Origin: a virus
Taxonomy: Duplodnaviria; Heunggongvirae; Uroviricota; Caudoviricetes
DNA: 64,000 nt
Virus record (IMG/VR): IMGVR_UViG_3300046002_003930
Coordinates: 1-64,000 of that record
Direction: 5' to 3' (one strand)
Part shown: one piece after another, positions 50,904 through 61,039 of the stretch
Position numbering within the stretch: the first letter of the stretch is position 1
Layout of the letters: the number at the start of each line of letters is the position of its first letter
The notes under the pieces: model-generated
Database searches by the model: none
What the model was told of the DNA's origin: nothing
What the model saw: the letters and a program-made list of their open reading frames with translations, nothing else
Translations under genes and position numbers: made by a program

Positions 50904-51647
50904 ATGATTGAGCCACCGACACATTGTCCTAGCTGTGCCTCTCCTTTGGAGTGGGTCAAAGATACTCTTTATTGCAGAAATGAAGAATGTGGCGCGTCTA
51001 GCAGTAAGCGTATTGAACACTTCGCTAAGACCCTTAAGATTAAAGGCTTAGGGCCCGCCGCAATCGAAAAGCTAAACATTAGCACAATTCAAGAAATTTA
51101 TGAACTTGATATTGCTTATATTACTCTTTCACTGAACTCAGCAAAACTTGCTGTAAAGCTCTTTGAAGAAATAAAGAAATCCGAGCATGAACCGTTAAAC
51201 ACTGTACTACCCGGTTTCGGAATCTCCCTCGTGGGGAGAACTGCATCTGACAAGCTATCTAAAGTATGTAATGGCGTGTTTGATATTAATGAGAATACCT
51301 GTAAAAAAGCAGGACTCGGTGAGAAAGTAACTCACAATCTACTTACTTGGTTATCGAATGAATTTGATAGGTATTGTTATTTGCCTTTTTCGTTCGAGTT
51401 TGAACAATCCCAACAAGCACAAAATAAGGGAGTCGTTTGCATTAGCGGTAAGCTAACCAGCTTTAAAACTAAGGCGGATGCAACTAAAGTTCTAGAGGCT
51501 CTAGGTTATATTGTTAAAGATAGCCTAACTAAAGACGTTACTATACTTGTAAACGAAAGCACTCGGGAAACCGAAAAAACCACAAAAGCCAGATTGTCTG
51601 GCATAACAATTGTAAACAATCTTAAAGATTATTTGGAGACTATATAA
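50904..51647 (+). CDS. ligB: NAD-dependent DNA ligase, C-terminal (Zn-finger/HhH/BRCT) subunit, T5 LigB-like
   Basis: ATG 50904 (MIEPPTHCPSCASPLEW...CRNEEC zinc finger), HhH-like GLGPAAIEKL, BRCT-like KGVVCISGKLTSF...ILVNEST. Confidence 0.7.
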   Translation: MIEPPTHCPSCASPLEWVKDTLYCRNEECGASSSKRIEHFAKTLKIKGLGPAAIEKLNISTIQEIYELDIAYITLSLNSAKLAVKLFEEIKKSEHEPLNTVLPGFGISLVGRTASDKLSKVCNGVFDINENTCKKAGLGEKVTHNLLTWLSNEFDRYCYLPFSFEFEQSQQAQNKGVVCISGKLTSFKTKADATKVLEALGYIVKDSLTKDVTILVNESTRETEKTTKARLSGITIVNNLKDYLETI

Positions 51648-51650
51648 AAT

Positions 51651-52376
51651 ATGACTACCCTACCTAAGTGGACCGACGAACGCACAGCTACTCTAACTGC
51701 CGGTGTTGGTTCTGAATCCCCTGTTTCGCGCGATACTGTCGCTCGTCTCGCAGCAGAACTAGAAACTAACGCTCGCTCGGTCTCGGCCAAGCTTCGTAAC
51801 CTGGGCATCGAAGTAGAAGCTGTTACAGCTACTGCCAAGGCCTTCAGTGACGAGCAGTCCGAAGCTCTTGCCGAGTTCGTTGAAGAAAATTCGGGGCGCT
51901 ACACATACGCTCAGATCGCAGAAAACTTTGCTGACGGACACTTCAGTGCTAAGCAAATTCAGGGCAAGATTCTTTCGCTTGAACTGACCGCAGAAGTTGC
52001 TCCTACCCCTAAGGCGGAGACACAAAAGACGTATTCGGACGCTGAAGAAGCGGTCGTTATCGCCGCTGTAAATGCCGGTAAGTTCGTTGAAGAAATCGCT
52101 GAATCAGTTGGTCGCACTGTTCCTTCCGTTCGTGGTAAGGCTCTGAGCCTTCTGCGTTCGGGCGCAATCACTGCGATGCCTGCTCAACGTGACGTTAAGG
52201 GTGATGCCCCTGACGCGCTGGAAGCTCTTGGAGACGTAAGCAAGCTTACTGTTGCCCAAGTTGCTGAAGCCCTTAGCAAGACAGAGCGTGGAGTTAAGAC
52301 CATGCTTACTCGTCGCGGTGTGACAGTTGCGGACTATGATGGAGCTGCTCGTAAGGAAAAAGCCTCAGCCGCTTAA
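51651..52376 (+). CDS. paralog family member 5 (three tandem copies of the about 35-aa module)
   Basis: DTVARLAAELETNARSVSAKLRNLGI; EIAESVGRTVPSVRGKALSLLRSG; VAQVAEALSKTERGVKTMLTRRGV. Confidence 0.5.
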   Translation: MTTLPKWTDERTATLTAGVGSESPVSRDTVARLAAELETNARSVSAKLRNLGIEVEAVTATAKAFSDEQSEALAEFVEENSGRYTYAQIAENFADGHFSAKQIQGKILSLELTAEVAPTPKAETQKTYSDAEEAVVIAAVNAGKFVEEIAESVGRTVPSVRGKALSLLRSGAITAMPAQRDVKGDAPDALEALGDVSKLTVAQVAEALSKTERGVKTMLTRRGVTVADYDGAARKEKASAA

Positions 52377-52436
52377 TCTCCTTACCCCTCTAGAATATAT
52401 TGGCCGGGTAGGGTATCTCTACCCGGCTAATTCCGT

Positions 52437-52628
52437 TTGGGAGTACAGGAAATGGAATGTAAAGTAAGACTGCGAGATAAGCAAGTAGCCCATCTACGGG
52501 CAGACCTAGAAGGTCTCACACTTGAAGAAAAACTTGGCATTGCTAAGTCTCTAATAAATTCGCTTCTACAGGGTGATTATAAGCTGATCGATAATGACTA
52601 TCAGAAGTCAAGGGGGCAGTTTAGTTGA
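52437..52628 (+). CDS. hypothetical protein
   Basis: 63-aa ORF. Confidence 0.4.
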   Translation: MGVQEMECKVRLRDKQVAHLRADLEGLTLEEKLGIAKSLINSLLQGDYKLIDNDYQKSRGQFS

Positions 52629-54007
52629 ACCTGAGTAGCGCACTAATAAAGCAAGTTTTAGAGTTAAGTGACTTTGATACTTGGGCTAGAGTGCGTAAGC
52701 ATTATCTTCCGAGTGAATATCATCAGTTATTTGATGCTATCAATAAACACACGACCAAATATCATAAGCTTCCTAAAGTAGAGGAGCTGAAACTATCTGT
52801 TCGCGACTCCACAACTTTAGATAAAGTTTATGCTCTAGACGCCATCGTAACAGATGCGGAACCGTTTCTGTTACTAGACTATCTTAAGAACGAATATGCT
52901 CAGAAAGAGGCCCTATTTCAACTGGATAAATGGGTAGACCAAACAATTGCTTTTGAATCCGCTGAAGAAGTGGTTAAAAGCCTGCAAGGAATATCTATGG
53001 ACTTAGAACGCAAAGTAGAGATTCAACCAGAAAGTGAATCTATGCAGAAGCTATCTCTGTTTGAGTCCGAAGAACAATTTGCTAAACATATTCGTCTTGG
53101 CCTTAATGCCGAGTTCGACGCTACATACGACTTCCTAGGTAATGATTATATCATGATGGGAGGTAAGCGCGGTTCGGGTAAGTCCATTACATGTAATAAC
53201 TTGGCCGTAACGTGTATCAATAATGGAAAGTCCGCGGTCTATTTCTCTATCGAAATGGACGCTAGACAAGTGCTACAACGCCACGTCTCCATTATGACCG
53301 GAATTCCTTATAGCAAGCTTAGAAACAAGAAGCTTAGTGTTATTGAGTGGGAATTAGTTGCCAAGTTTTGGGCTTCTCGTTATGAGAATGGCGATGAACA
53401 TTTTGCCTCATACAAAACGCATCACGATTTTGATCTCTTCCACAAGGCAATTAGCCGGGAAGAACTAGTAGGCCCTCAACTAATTATTGTGTATGACCCT
53501 CACCTTACTTTAAGTAAGATTAGGGCTGCGCTAAATAAGCTAATCGCACAAGAAATAGAGCTTGGTGTGGTTATCGTAGACTACCTTAACCAAATCGAAA
53601 GAGAAGGGAACGGTAGCACCTCTGGCATGTATGACTGGAAAGAGCAAATTGAGACTTCAAAAGGTATCAAGTTGTGTGCTCAAGATTACGAGCTGCCATT
53701 CTTTACACCGTATCAAACCGATGCCGCTGGCGAAGCCAGATTTGCTAAAGGTATTCTAGACGCCGCTGACGCTGCTATGGTACTAGAAGCTCATGATAAC
53801 TGTATTACTTTCAAAGTTACAAAGATGCGTAACGCAGATGATGAAGTAGTTTTCTGTTCTACGATGAACTGGAGCACACTTACAATCGGTCCAGGTTCGG
53901 CAACACCACCGGCTAAGGAAGAGGAAGACTCTGACGAAGACGCCCCTAAGAAGCGTATGAGTAAAAAGCGTGTACCTGCCGGGGTTTACGACGATCCACC
54001 ATTTTAA
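52625..54007 (+). CDS. DnaB-like replicative DNA helicase (TTG start)
   Basis: RBS AAGGGGGCAG then TTG; Walker A GGKRGSGKS, SIEMD, RecA-like C-terminal domain. Confidence 0.7.
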   Translation: MNLSSALIKQVLELSDFDTWARVRKHYLPSEYHQLFDAINKHTTKYHKLPKVEELKLSVRDSTTLDKVYALDAIVTDAEPFLLLDYLKNEYAQKEALFQLDKWVDQTIAFESAEEVVKSLQGISMDLERKVEIQPESESMQKLSLFESEEQFAKHIRLGLNAEFDATYDFLGNDYIMMGGKRGSGKSITCNNLAVTCINNGKSAVYFSIEMDARQVLQRHVSIMTGIPYSKLRNKKLSVIEWELVAKFWASRYENGDEHFASYKTHHDFDLFHKAISREELVGPQLIIVYDPHLTLSKIRAALNKLIAQEIELGVVIVDYLNQIEREGNGSTSGMYDWKEQIETSKGIKLCAQDYELPFFTPYQTDAAGEARFAKGILDAADAAMVLEAHDNCITFKVTKMRNADDEVVFCSTMNWSTLTIGPGSATPPAKEEEDSDEDAPKKRMSKKRVPAGVYDDPPF

Positions 54008-54016
54008 GGAAGTCAC

Positions 54017-54871
54017 ATGACACCAGAAGAACTGTTAATCAGTAAAAAGATCGAGTATCTGCCTAGAGGCGCTGATCTACAAGTAAGGTGTTTTAATCCA
54101 CAACACGACGATAAAAATCCCAGTATGAGAATTGATCGTATTACTGGGATTTTTAACTGTCTTTCGTGTGGATTTGCCGGAAACTTATTTCAGCACTTTG
54201 GCCATAAAGTCAATGTACTAGGAATGAAACGCCAGAAGTTCAAAGCCAAGATATTAGATAAGCTATCCGAGAATATCGGTCTAGACCTTCCAGAAAACTA
54301 TGTACCATATGACGACTCTTGGCGCGGAATTTCTCCAGAAACCTACAAGGCTTTTGGTGCATTTCAGCACAGTAACAAAGAGTTTATTGGCCGAGTAGTA
54401 TTTCCTATTCGTACAATGTCAGGTAAAATATCTGGCTTTAATGGTCGACATATGACCATGAACCACGATCCTAAGTACCTAATCTACCCTCCCGGTGCGA
54501 AGCTACCACTGTTCCCTGCTAACCCAGAGGTAATTCTTGGTAGAATCATTCTTGTGGAAGGCATATTTGATATGCTTAATCTATATGATAAAGGCTTACG
54601 CAATGCTGTATGCTGCTTTGGCACAGTAAAGCTTCTTGGTAAAAACAATACAGACGCTAAAAATAAGCTAAACCTGCTGAAACTTAAAGGAGTTGGTGGG
54701 ATTGACATTTTCTTCGATGGCGACGAGGCCGGGCAAACAGCCGCAGAAGGTGTAAAAGACCTATGCGAACAATTAGAATTTGACGTTAGAAATATCTGCT
54801 TTAAAAACAAAGACCCAGGTGAATTGACAGCCTCACAAGTGCTCAAACTTAAGGAAAAATTATATGAATAA
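54017..54871 (+). CDS. DnaG-type DNA primase (zinc finger plus TOPRIM)
   Basis: CFNPQHDDKNPSMRID...FNCLSCGFAGN zinc finger; TOPRIM LVEGIFDMLNL and FFDGDEAGQ. Confidence 0.7.
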   Translation: MTPEELLISKKIEYLPRGADLQVRCFNPQHDDKNPSMRIDRITGIFNCLSCGFAGNLFQHFGHKVNVLGMKRQKFKAKILDKLSENIGLDLPENYVPYDDSWRGISPETYKAFGAFQHSNKEFIGRVVFPIRTMSGKISGFNGRHMTMNHDPKYLIYPPGAKLPLFPANPEVILGRIILVEGIFDMLNLYDKGLRNAVCCFGTVKLLGKNNTDAKNKLNLLKLKGVGGIDIFFDGDEAGQTAAEGVKDLCEQLEFDVRNICFKNKDPGELTASQVLKLKEKLYE

Positions 54872-57212
54872 AGTTGCTCTAATTGAGACCAAGCCAAGTC
54901 GCACTAAGTTTGACGAAGCTTTCGACAATAAATTTACGTTTGACAGATATGCTCTATGTTCTGACGCCTCTCTCAAGAAAGTCTTGAAGAAAGATGTGGA
55001 TATTGAATTTGACCCAGACTCCTATGAGTGGGTAATTCTAGTAGGCTCGGATGCATTTAAATATTATACTAAAAACTCATCGGTTAGTGAATATAGCGGT
55101 AAAGTAGTAGATGAGAAATTCCTACCAATTATCAACCCAGCCATGCTTTCCTTCAAACCTGAAATGGAAAAGGTCTGGCAAGAATCAAAAGAAAGTGTTA
55201 TCAAATATGTCACAGGCGAACAAACCGTTGTCAAGTACAACACAGACAAGCTCCATGGTATCACGGACACTGAAGTGGCTATTGCGTATGTGCAAGCGGC
55301 TATTGACAGTCCCAACACCTTCGTAGCACTTGACTCCGAAACCTCGTCTCTTTATCCGCGCAATGGGTATGTTCTAGGTATTTCGCTTTGTTATGAAAGA
55401 GACCACGGCGCATATATTAGCACAGAGTGCTTTACTCCCGAACTAGAAGAGCTTCTTCAGTCTCTGTTCAATCAGAAGAAAGTTGTCTTCCATAACGCAA
55501 AGTTCGATATTGCGTTCTTCGAGTATCATTTCGACTGGAAGTTCCCAGACTACGAAGATACTATGCTTCTGCACTATCTGCTAGATGAAAATCCTGGCAA
55601 CCACGGTCTTAAGCAGCTTGCGCTAAAGTATACCCCATACGGGGATTATGAGCGCCCGCTACATGAGTTTATCGACGAGTATCGCAAGAAGCACGGCGTT
55701 CTGAAAGATGATTTTAGCTGGGAAGTAATCCCGTTCGAAGTAATGGTTCCGTACGCGGCACTAGACTCGGTAGTAACTTTCCTACTGTACTGTAAATTTA
55801 AGCCAGCTATTATGAAGAATAAGAAACTGGACTGGGTATACAACAATCTTCTGATTCCCGGCTGTACCGCGATTACAAAGATGCAAGATAACGGCGTGCC
55901 GTTTGATACTGTGCGCTTGAAGAAAGCACAGCGTATGATGCAAACCGATATCGACGCAGCAATCGAGAAGCTTTATAAGCACGAAGTAATCAGAGACTTT
56001 GAAAAGTTTCAAGGTAAAGACTTCAACCCTGGCAGTACTCAGCAACTTCGCAAGCTTCTATTCGACTTTGTTGGTCTAAAGCCTACAGGCAAAAAGACAG
56101 GCACTCAAGCTGACTCTACCGATAAGGAAGTTTTAGCCGAGTTAGGGCTACAGCATGAAATTCCAAATCTTATTCTTGACATTCGTCAACGCTCTAAGAT
56201 TAAGAACACCTACTTGGATAAAATCATCCCTAATCTTGATAGGGACAATCATCTTCGTACCAACTTCAATCTACATAGTACTACATCTGGTCGCCTATCG
56301 TCTAGTGGCAAGCTAAACATGCAGCAGCTTCCTCGGGACAACCCCGCGGTTAAAGGCTGTATTAAAGCTGCCCCTGGACACACTATCGTATCTATGGACT
56401 TGACCACAGCCGAAGTTTATGTCGCGGCAGTTCTGTCTAACGACAAAGAACTTATGAACGTTTTCCAAAGCGGTGGCGACTTCCACAGTACTATCGCTAA
56501 GAAAGTATTCAAACTTGACTGTGAAGCTAAGGATGTTAAGAAGTTTTATCCTCTGCTAAGACAAGCTGCTAAAGCTATTACCTTCGGTATCATGTATGGT
56601 GCCGGACCTAATAAGATCAGTCAGCAAGTAACTCTTGATGCGCGTAAAGACGACCCACATGCTCCTGAATTTACAAAAGCCGAAGCAGAAAGCGCTATTA
56701 AAGATTACTTCCGTATGTTCAAGGGCCTAGCTAAGTGGATTGAAACAAGCCAGAAGTTTATTAACGAAAATGGCTTCACTTATAGCCACTTCGGACGCAA
56801 GCGTCGTCTGCCTAACGTGTTCTCAACTGACCGCGCTATCCAAGGTCACACAACACGTTCCGGACTAAACTTCCTGGTGCAATCAGCGGCTTCGGATGTA
56901 AACCTACTAGCTGCCATTGATATGATGGCATTTGTAGAAAAGCATAAGATGGGGGCTAAAGTTTTCGCTCTTGTGCACGACTCCATCCTGGCGGAAGTGC
57001 CAAACGATGAGATCGAGCTGTACTGTGAGGCTCTGCGCGGCTTTGTTCAAGCTGATAGAGGTCTGTCTATTCCTGGCACTCCAATTGGCTGCGACTTCGA
57101 ACTCGCAGAAGATTATAGCATGGGTCTGGGTAGTGAAGATTACCCTGAAATGACTAAGTATGAAATCTATGAAATGAAGTGGGATAATGCTAGAAATCGC
57201 ACGGAAACTTGA
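54864..57212 (+). CDS. family A DNA polymerase with 3'-5' exonuclease domain
   Basis: Exo I ALDSETSSL, Exo II HNAKFDIAF, Exo III YAALDS; pol motif B RQAAKAITFGIMYG, motif C LVHDSIL. Confidence 0.85.
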   Translation: MNKVALIETKPSRTKFDEAFDNKFTFDRYALCSDASLKKVLKKDVDIEFDPDSYEWVILVGSDAFKYYTKNSSVSEYSGKVVDEKFLPIINPAMLSFKPEMEKVWQESKESVIKYVTGEQTVVKYNTDKLHGITDTEVAIAYVQAAIDSPNTFVALDSETSSLYPRNGYVLGISLCYERDHGAYISTECFTPELEELLQSLFNQKKVVFHNAKFDIAFFEYHFDWKFPDYEDTMLLHYLLDENPGNHGLKQLALKYTPYGDYERPLHEFIDEYRKKHGVLKDDFSWEVIPFEVMVPYAALDSVVTFLLYCKFKPAIMKNKKLDWVYNNLLIPGCTAITKMQDNGVPFDTVRLKKAQRMMQTDIDAAIEKLYKHEVIRDFEKFQGKDFNPGSTQQLRKLLFDFVGLKPTGKKTGTQADSTDKEVLAELGLQHEIPNLILDIRQRSKIKNTYLDKIIPNLDRDNHLRTNFNLHSTTSGRLSSSGKLNMQQLPRDNPAVKGCIKAAPGHTIVSMDLTTAEVYVAAVLSNDKELMNVFQSGGDFHSTIAKKVFKLDCEAKDVKKFYPLLRQAAKAITFGIMYGAGPNKISQQVTLDARKDDPHAPEFTKAEAESAIKDYFRMFKGLAKWIETSQKFINENGFTYSHFGRKRRLPNVFSTDRAIQGHTTRSGLNFLVQSAASDVNLLAAIDMMAFVEKHKMGAKVFALVHDSILAEVPNDEIELYCEALRGFVQADRGLSIPGTPIGCDFELAEDYSMGLGSEDYPEMTKYEIYEMKWDNARNRTET

Positions 57213-57298
57213 TCAAGCCTTAAATGATAAGTGGGAGACTAGGTGTGACCTAGAGATCTACACACTTGCTATGGCTTTGATCAGGTCAGTAAAAGAAA

Positions 57299-57793
57299 AT
57301 GCTAAAGACGTATAAAGACTTTCATAAGATAAAGTTCCCTATCTATGTGCTGCCTAGTGATAATTGGTGGTACCAAGATAGGGTGCTTTTTCTAGATAAT
57401 CGAGTAGTAGATGAGAAAAATATGCCGGGAGCTACTCTTGGCGTAAGAAGGCTACAATGTGGTAGATCTGATCTTCTCCCACTAAGAAAAGCTTTACTCG
57501 ATGTTTCGGACCTTGTGCACTGTAAAACAAAAAAATTCATTGATAGTAACGGAACACCGTTCACATATGTAAAAGAGTATAGTAGCCTTTTAAAGTGTTA
57601 CCGTATAAAAAGAATTGATAGGAAAGAAATCGCTTCAATCCTATGGCTATATGATTGGCCAACCCCAATAACAATTCCACGCCCGCCTTTGAACAATCCA
57701 GAGTACGTGCGCCTCCTTCATGTTAATGGAGCGCCTTGGATAGTCTATGATTATGTACGTTGTCAGGTAAAAGACACATACAGGAGAATATAA
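57299..57793 (+). CDS. hypothetical protein
   Basis: 164-aa ORF. Confidence 0.45.
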   Translation: MLKTYKDFHKIKFPIYVLPSDNWWYQDRVLFLDNRVVDEKNMPGATLGVRRLQCGRSDLLPLRKALLDVSDLVHCKTKKFIDSNGTPFTYVKEYSSLLKCYRIKRIDRKEIASILWLYDWPTPITIPRPPLNNPEYVRLLHVNGAPWIVYDYVRCQVKDTYRRI

Positions 57794-57796
57794 CAC

Positions 57797-58489
57797 TTGG
57801 CTAAAAATAGTCCTAACCGCCGCGAGGCGAGAAGAAAAACCACAACCGATTTTCATCTGCAGTTATCCCCGATTACTGCTCTAACTGAAAATCAGGCACG
57901 CGTACTTAAGTACGAAGGTAATCAGGTTCTACATGGTTGCGCCGGTTCAGGGAAAACATTTCTTTCCTCATACCTCGCGTACAGAGACCTAACTAACAAA
58001 AAGTTTGGAAAGGTAATCTATATCAGAAGTGCGGTTGCAACTAGAAATGTCGGGTTCTATCCTGGAACAGAAGCAGAGAAGTCTGCTGTGTATGAACTAC
58101 CTTACAAAGATATTGCCAATGAGTTATTTGATCGAGGCGGAACTTACGACGATCTAAAGAAGAAAGGCATTGTTGAGTTTATGACTACCTCCCACGTTAG
58201 AGGTATCACTATTAACGATGCAGTAGTGATTGTAGACGAAATTCAGAACATGAGCTTCCATGAGTTAGACTCGATTATCACTCGTTACGGCGCAGATTGT
58301 AAATACTTCTTCTGCGGTGATTTCAAACAATCTGATCTACAAGTAAATGGAATCAAAGAATTCTTGAACATTCTTAAAACTATGCCAGATGATTTCCAGT
58401 TCACTGATTTCACTGAAGACGACATTGTCAGAAGCGGACTTGTAAAGCGATATATTATTGCTAGGAACAAATATGAAGGCGGTACTTAG
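57797..58489 (+). CDS. PhoH-like ATPase
   Basis: TTG start; Walker A GCAGSGKT; VVIVDEIQN Walker B region. Confidence 0.6.
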   Translation: MAKNSPNRREARRKTTTDFHLQLSPITALTENQARVLKYEGNQVLHGCAGSGKTFLSSYLAYRDLTNKKFGKVIYIRSAVATRNVGFYPGTEAEKSAVYELPYKDIANELFDRGGTYDDLKKKGIVEFMTTSHVRGITINDAVVIVDEIQNMSFHELDSIITRYGADCKYFFCGDFKQSDLQVNGIKEFLNILKTMPDDFQFTDFTEDDIVRSGLVKRYIIARNKYEGGT

Positions 58490-59747
58490 TAACAGAATAT
58501 TTTTGGAAGTAACTAGGGAGTACGGTAGCTTTTTGCAAGATGAGCTATCGTACGCCATCCCCAGTTTTCAGAACCCAGACCAGCCGCAGATTCTAAGAAA
58601 CTTTACTACTGTTAGGCCCGGACTTATGTCTATTCCTATCGGAAGAACTGATCTTATCCCAGAAGGTTATGAGATCAAAGATAAAAGACTATTAGTTCCT
58701 GCTGAGTTTCCAAACTTTAATGGTACATTGCGAGAAAGCCAACAGTCAGTACATGATCAATTAAACGACAACTGCATCATCAATGCTAAACCTAGTTGGG
58801 GGAAGACCTATGCTGGTTTAAAAATCGCCGGGAAACTAGGACAGAAAACATTAGTTGTTGTTCATACAGTGCCACTGCGAAACCAGTGGGCTAGAGAAGT
58901 TGAGAAAGTCTACGGAATTACTCCAGGAGTAATTGGGTCATCTAAGTTTAATATAACGCCGCCTATTGTGATTGGAAACGTACAGTCCTTATATAACTGT
59001 ATGCCACAGATACAAAAGACTTTCGGAACTATTATTCTAGATGAGATGCACCACGTATCTAGCCCAACGTTCTCTCGAGTAATTGATAAAACTTATTCCA
59101 GATATAAGATTGGCCTATCCGGTACTATTAAAAGAAAAGACGGTAAAGACGTTGTTTTCTGTGACTATTTTGGCAAGACAATTTTCCGGCCTCCGCCGGA
59201 AAATGCAATGACTCCAGAAGTTGATGTTATTGACTGTGGAATTGCATTACCAGAAGTTATAGGAAACAATTGGGCCCAGCGAATAAACCAACTAATGGAT
59301 ATTCCTGAATACAAAGCTCTAGTTATGCGCTTGGCTGACTACTATGCTAAGAAAGGCCACAAGATATTAGTAGTACAAGATAGAGTAGAATTTGCTAAAT
59401 CTTGTGTCGAGAATCGACCTAAGGCCGTTGCTATCACTGGTGCTCTAAAAGATGGCCGTGAAGAAGAAATGGATAGAATCTTCACTGATATTGATGAAAT
59501 CTGGGGCATTACCTCGATCTTTAAAGAGGGGATTTCAAAGGACATTCTTAGCTGCTTGATTCTGGCAGGCCCAATTAACAATGAGCCAATGCTAGAACAG
59601 TTAGTTGGCCGAATCCAGCGCCCGCAACCTAATAAACTCCCGCCCAAGGTAGTAGATATTAAACTAGCTGGGTGGACTGGTTCTAAGCAATTTCAGGCGC
59701 GTTTGGGATTCTATATGAGAATGGGATATAAGATAAACTACTTGTAA
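58458..59747 (+). CDS. SF2 (DExH-box) DNA helicase
   Basis: Motif I AKPSWGKTY, motif II ILDEMHH, motif VI QLVGRIQRP. Confidence 0.7.
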   Translation: MLGTNMKAVLSNRIFLEVTREYGSFLQDELSYAIPSFQNPDQPQILRNFTTVRPGLMSIPIGRTDLIPEGYEIKDKRLLVPAEFPNFNGTLRESQQSVHDQLNDNCIINAKPSWGKTYAGLKIAGKLGQKTLVVVHTVPLRNQWAREVEKVYGITPGVIGSSKFNITPPIVIGNVQSLYNCMPQIQKTFGTIILDEMHHVSSPTFSRVIDKTYSRYKIGLSGTIKRKDGKDVVFCDYFGKTIFRPPPENAMTPEVDVIDCGIALPEVIGNNWAQRINQLMDIPEYKALVMRLADYYAKKGHKILVVQDRVEFAKSCVENRPKAVAITGALKDGREEEMDRIFTDIDEIWGITSIFKEGISKDILSCLILAGPINNEPMLEQLVGRIQRPQPNKLPPKVVDIKLAGWTGSKQFQARLGFYMRMGYKINYL

Positions 59748-59848
59748 AAAAGTTCTTGACATTATGCTTGGAGATTGCTATAATACTATTTGATTGGAAA
59801 AAGATCTACCGTTTCTCGAAAGGGCAGCCTTCCCGGGTAATACTGGCT

Positions 59849-60187
59849 TTGCGCGCTTTAGTCGGAGAAACTCCAGTCCATAACTATGACCCGTTATACT
59901 TTGCTTATATCAAAGATTTTACGGGCAAAAGTTTCTTAGTTAACCCTGAAAAGTTAATTGAAGAAAGCTTCTTCTACAAAGCAAAAGAAATAGCTGAATA
60001 TACAGCCTTAGCTAGTTTTAGAAGTTACGCCAACTATACTATGACAAACAACAAAACCTTAGACTTGTTACACGTTCCAGTGAGACAAGAGCTTATCACA
60101 AACAATAGACTACTTAGCATTGAGAACGGAAAAGTTCTGTTCAAATTTGAAGAAGTCACGGAGAAAAAACATGGCATTAGCCTTTAA
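59849..60187 (+). CDS. hypothetical protein (start uncertain; ORF-track start 59756 lies inside promoter TTGACA-17-TATAAT at 59757-59785)
   Basis: In-frame TTG at 59849 downstream of the predicted TSS; alternative later ATG. Confidence 0.3.
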   Translation: MRALVGETPVHNYDPLYFAYIKDFTGKSFLVNPEKLIEESFFYKAKEIAEYTALASFRSYANYTMTNNKTLDLLHVPVRQELITNNRLLSIENGKVLFKFEEVTEKKHGISL

Positions 60188-60809
60188 TAAATCAAAAGGC
60201 GGATTCGTAAAGGACCGCGCAGACAGCTACCAATACAAAGACGGAGAGAACCGTATTCGACTAGTAGGCGACGTACTCGCACGCTACGTATACTGGATTA
60301 AGGGCGAGAACAACAAGAGTTTGCCTTTTGAGAATCTCGAATTCAACCGTCAAACTGAAAAGTTTGATAAGGCAGAAGTTAACCACGTCCCCGAGTTCTA
60401 TCCCGATCTTAAGAGTTCTTGGGGCTACGCTATGCAGTGTATTGCTCTGGATTCCGGCGAACTGAGAATCCTTAATCTCAAGAAGAAGCTGATGGATCAA
60501 ATCCTTAGCACCGCGGACGACCTAGGGCTTGACCCTACGGACCCCGAGAACGGCTTCGACGTAGTATTTGAGAAGAAGAAGACTGGACCTCTGCCTATCA
60601 ACGTAGAGTACAGCGTCAAGGCTCTTAAGTGCAAGGCCCGTGCTCTTTCTGAAAAGGAAATGGAGCTGATTAAGGACCTGAAGAGCATGGATGAAATCCT
60701 TCCACGTCCAACCGCAGAAGCTCAGCTTGCCCTACTTCAAAAGCTGCAAACTGGTTCAACGGACGAGAGCATCGACGAAGACGTCGATCAGGAGTTCACC
60801 ACCACATGA
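60170..60809 (+). CDS. hypothetical protein with acidic C-terminal tail (possible ssDNA-binding protein)
   Basis: RBS GGAGAAAAAAC then ATG 60170; C-terminus DESIDEDVDQEFTTT. Confidence 0.4.
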
Positions 60810-60985
60810 TTAGTGAAAGAGAACTAGCACTAGCTTTCGATCATTTAACGATTGAAAAAACTTTGGACCCAGAGCTTTATGCAGAGCGTTTAGACTTCGC
60901 ATATGAGACCCTAACAGATGAGGACAAGCCGATTAGCGCAGGTCGCATCTTAGCCAGAGTTTACGCCGACTTTCTAGCTGATTAA

Positions 60986-61024
60986 CAAAAAAGGCCGCTA
61001 TAGTTTTAAACTATAGCGGCTTTT
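60986..61024 (+). terminator. rho-independent (bidirectional-looking) terminator
   Basis: AAAAAAGGCCGCTATAGTTTTAAACTATAGCGGCTTTT. Confidence 0.7.
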
Positions 61025-61039
61025 GACCCTAAGGATACA

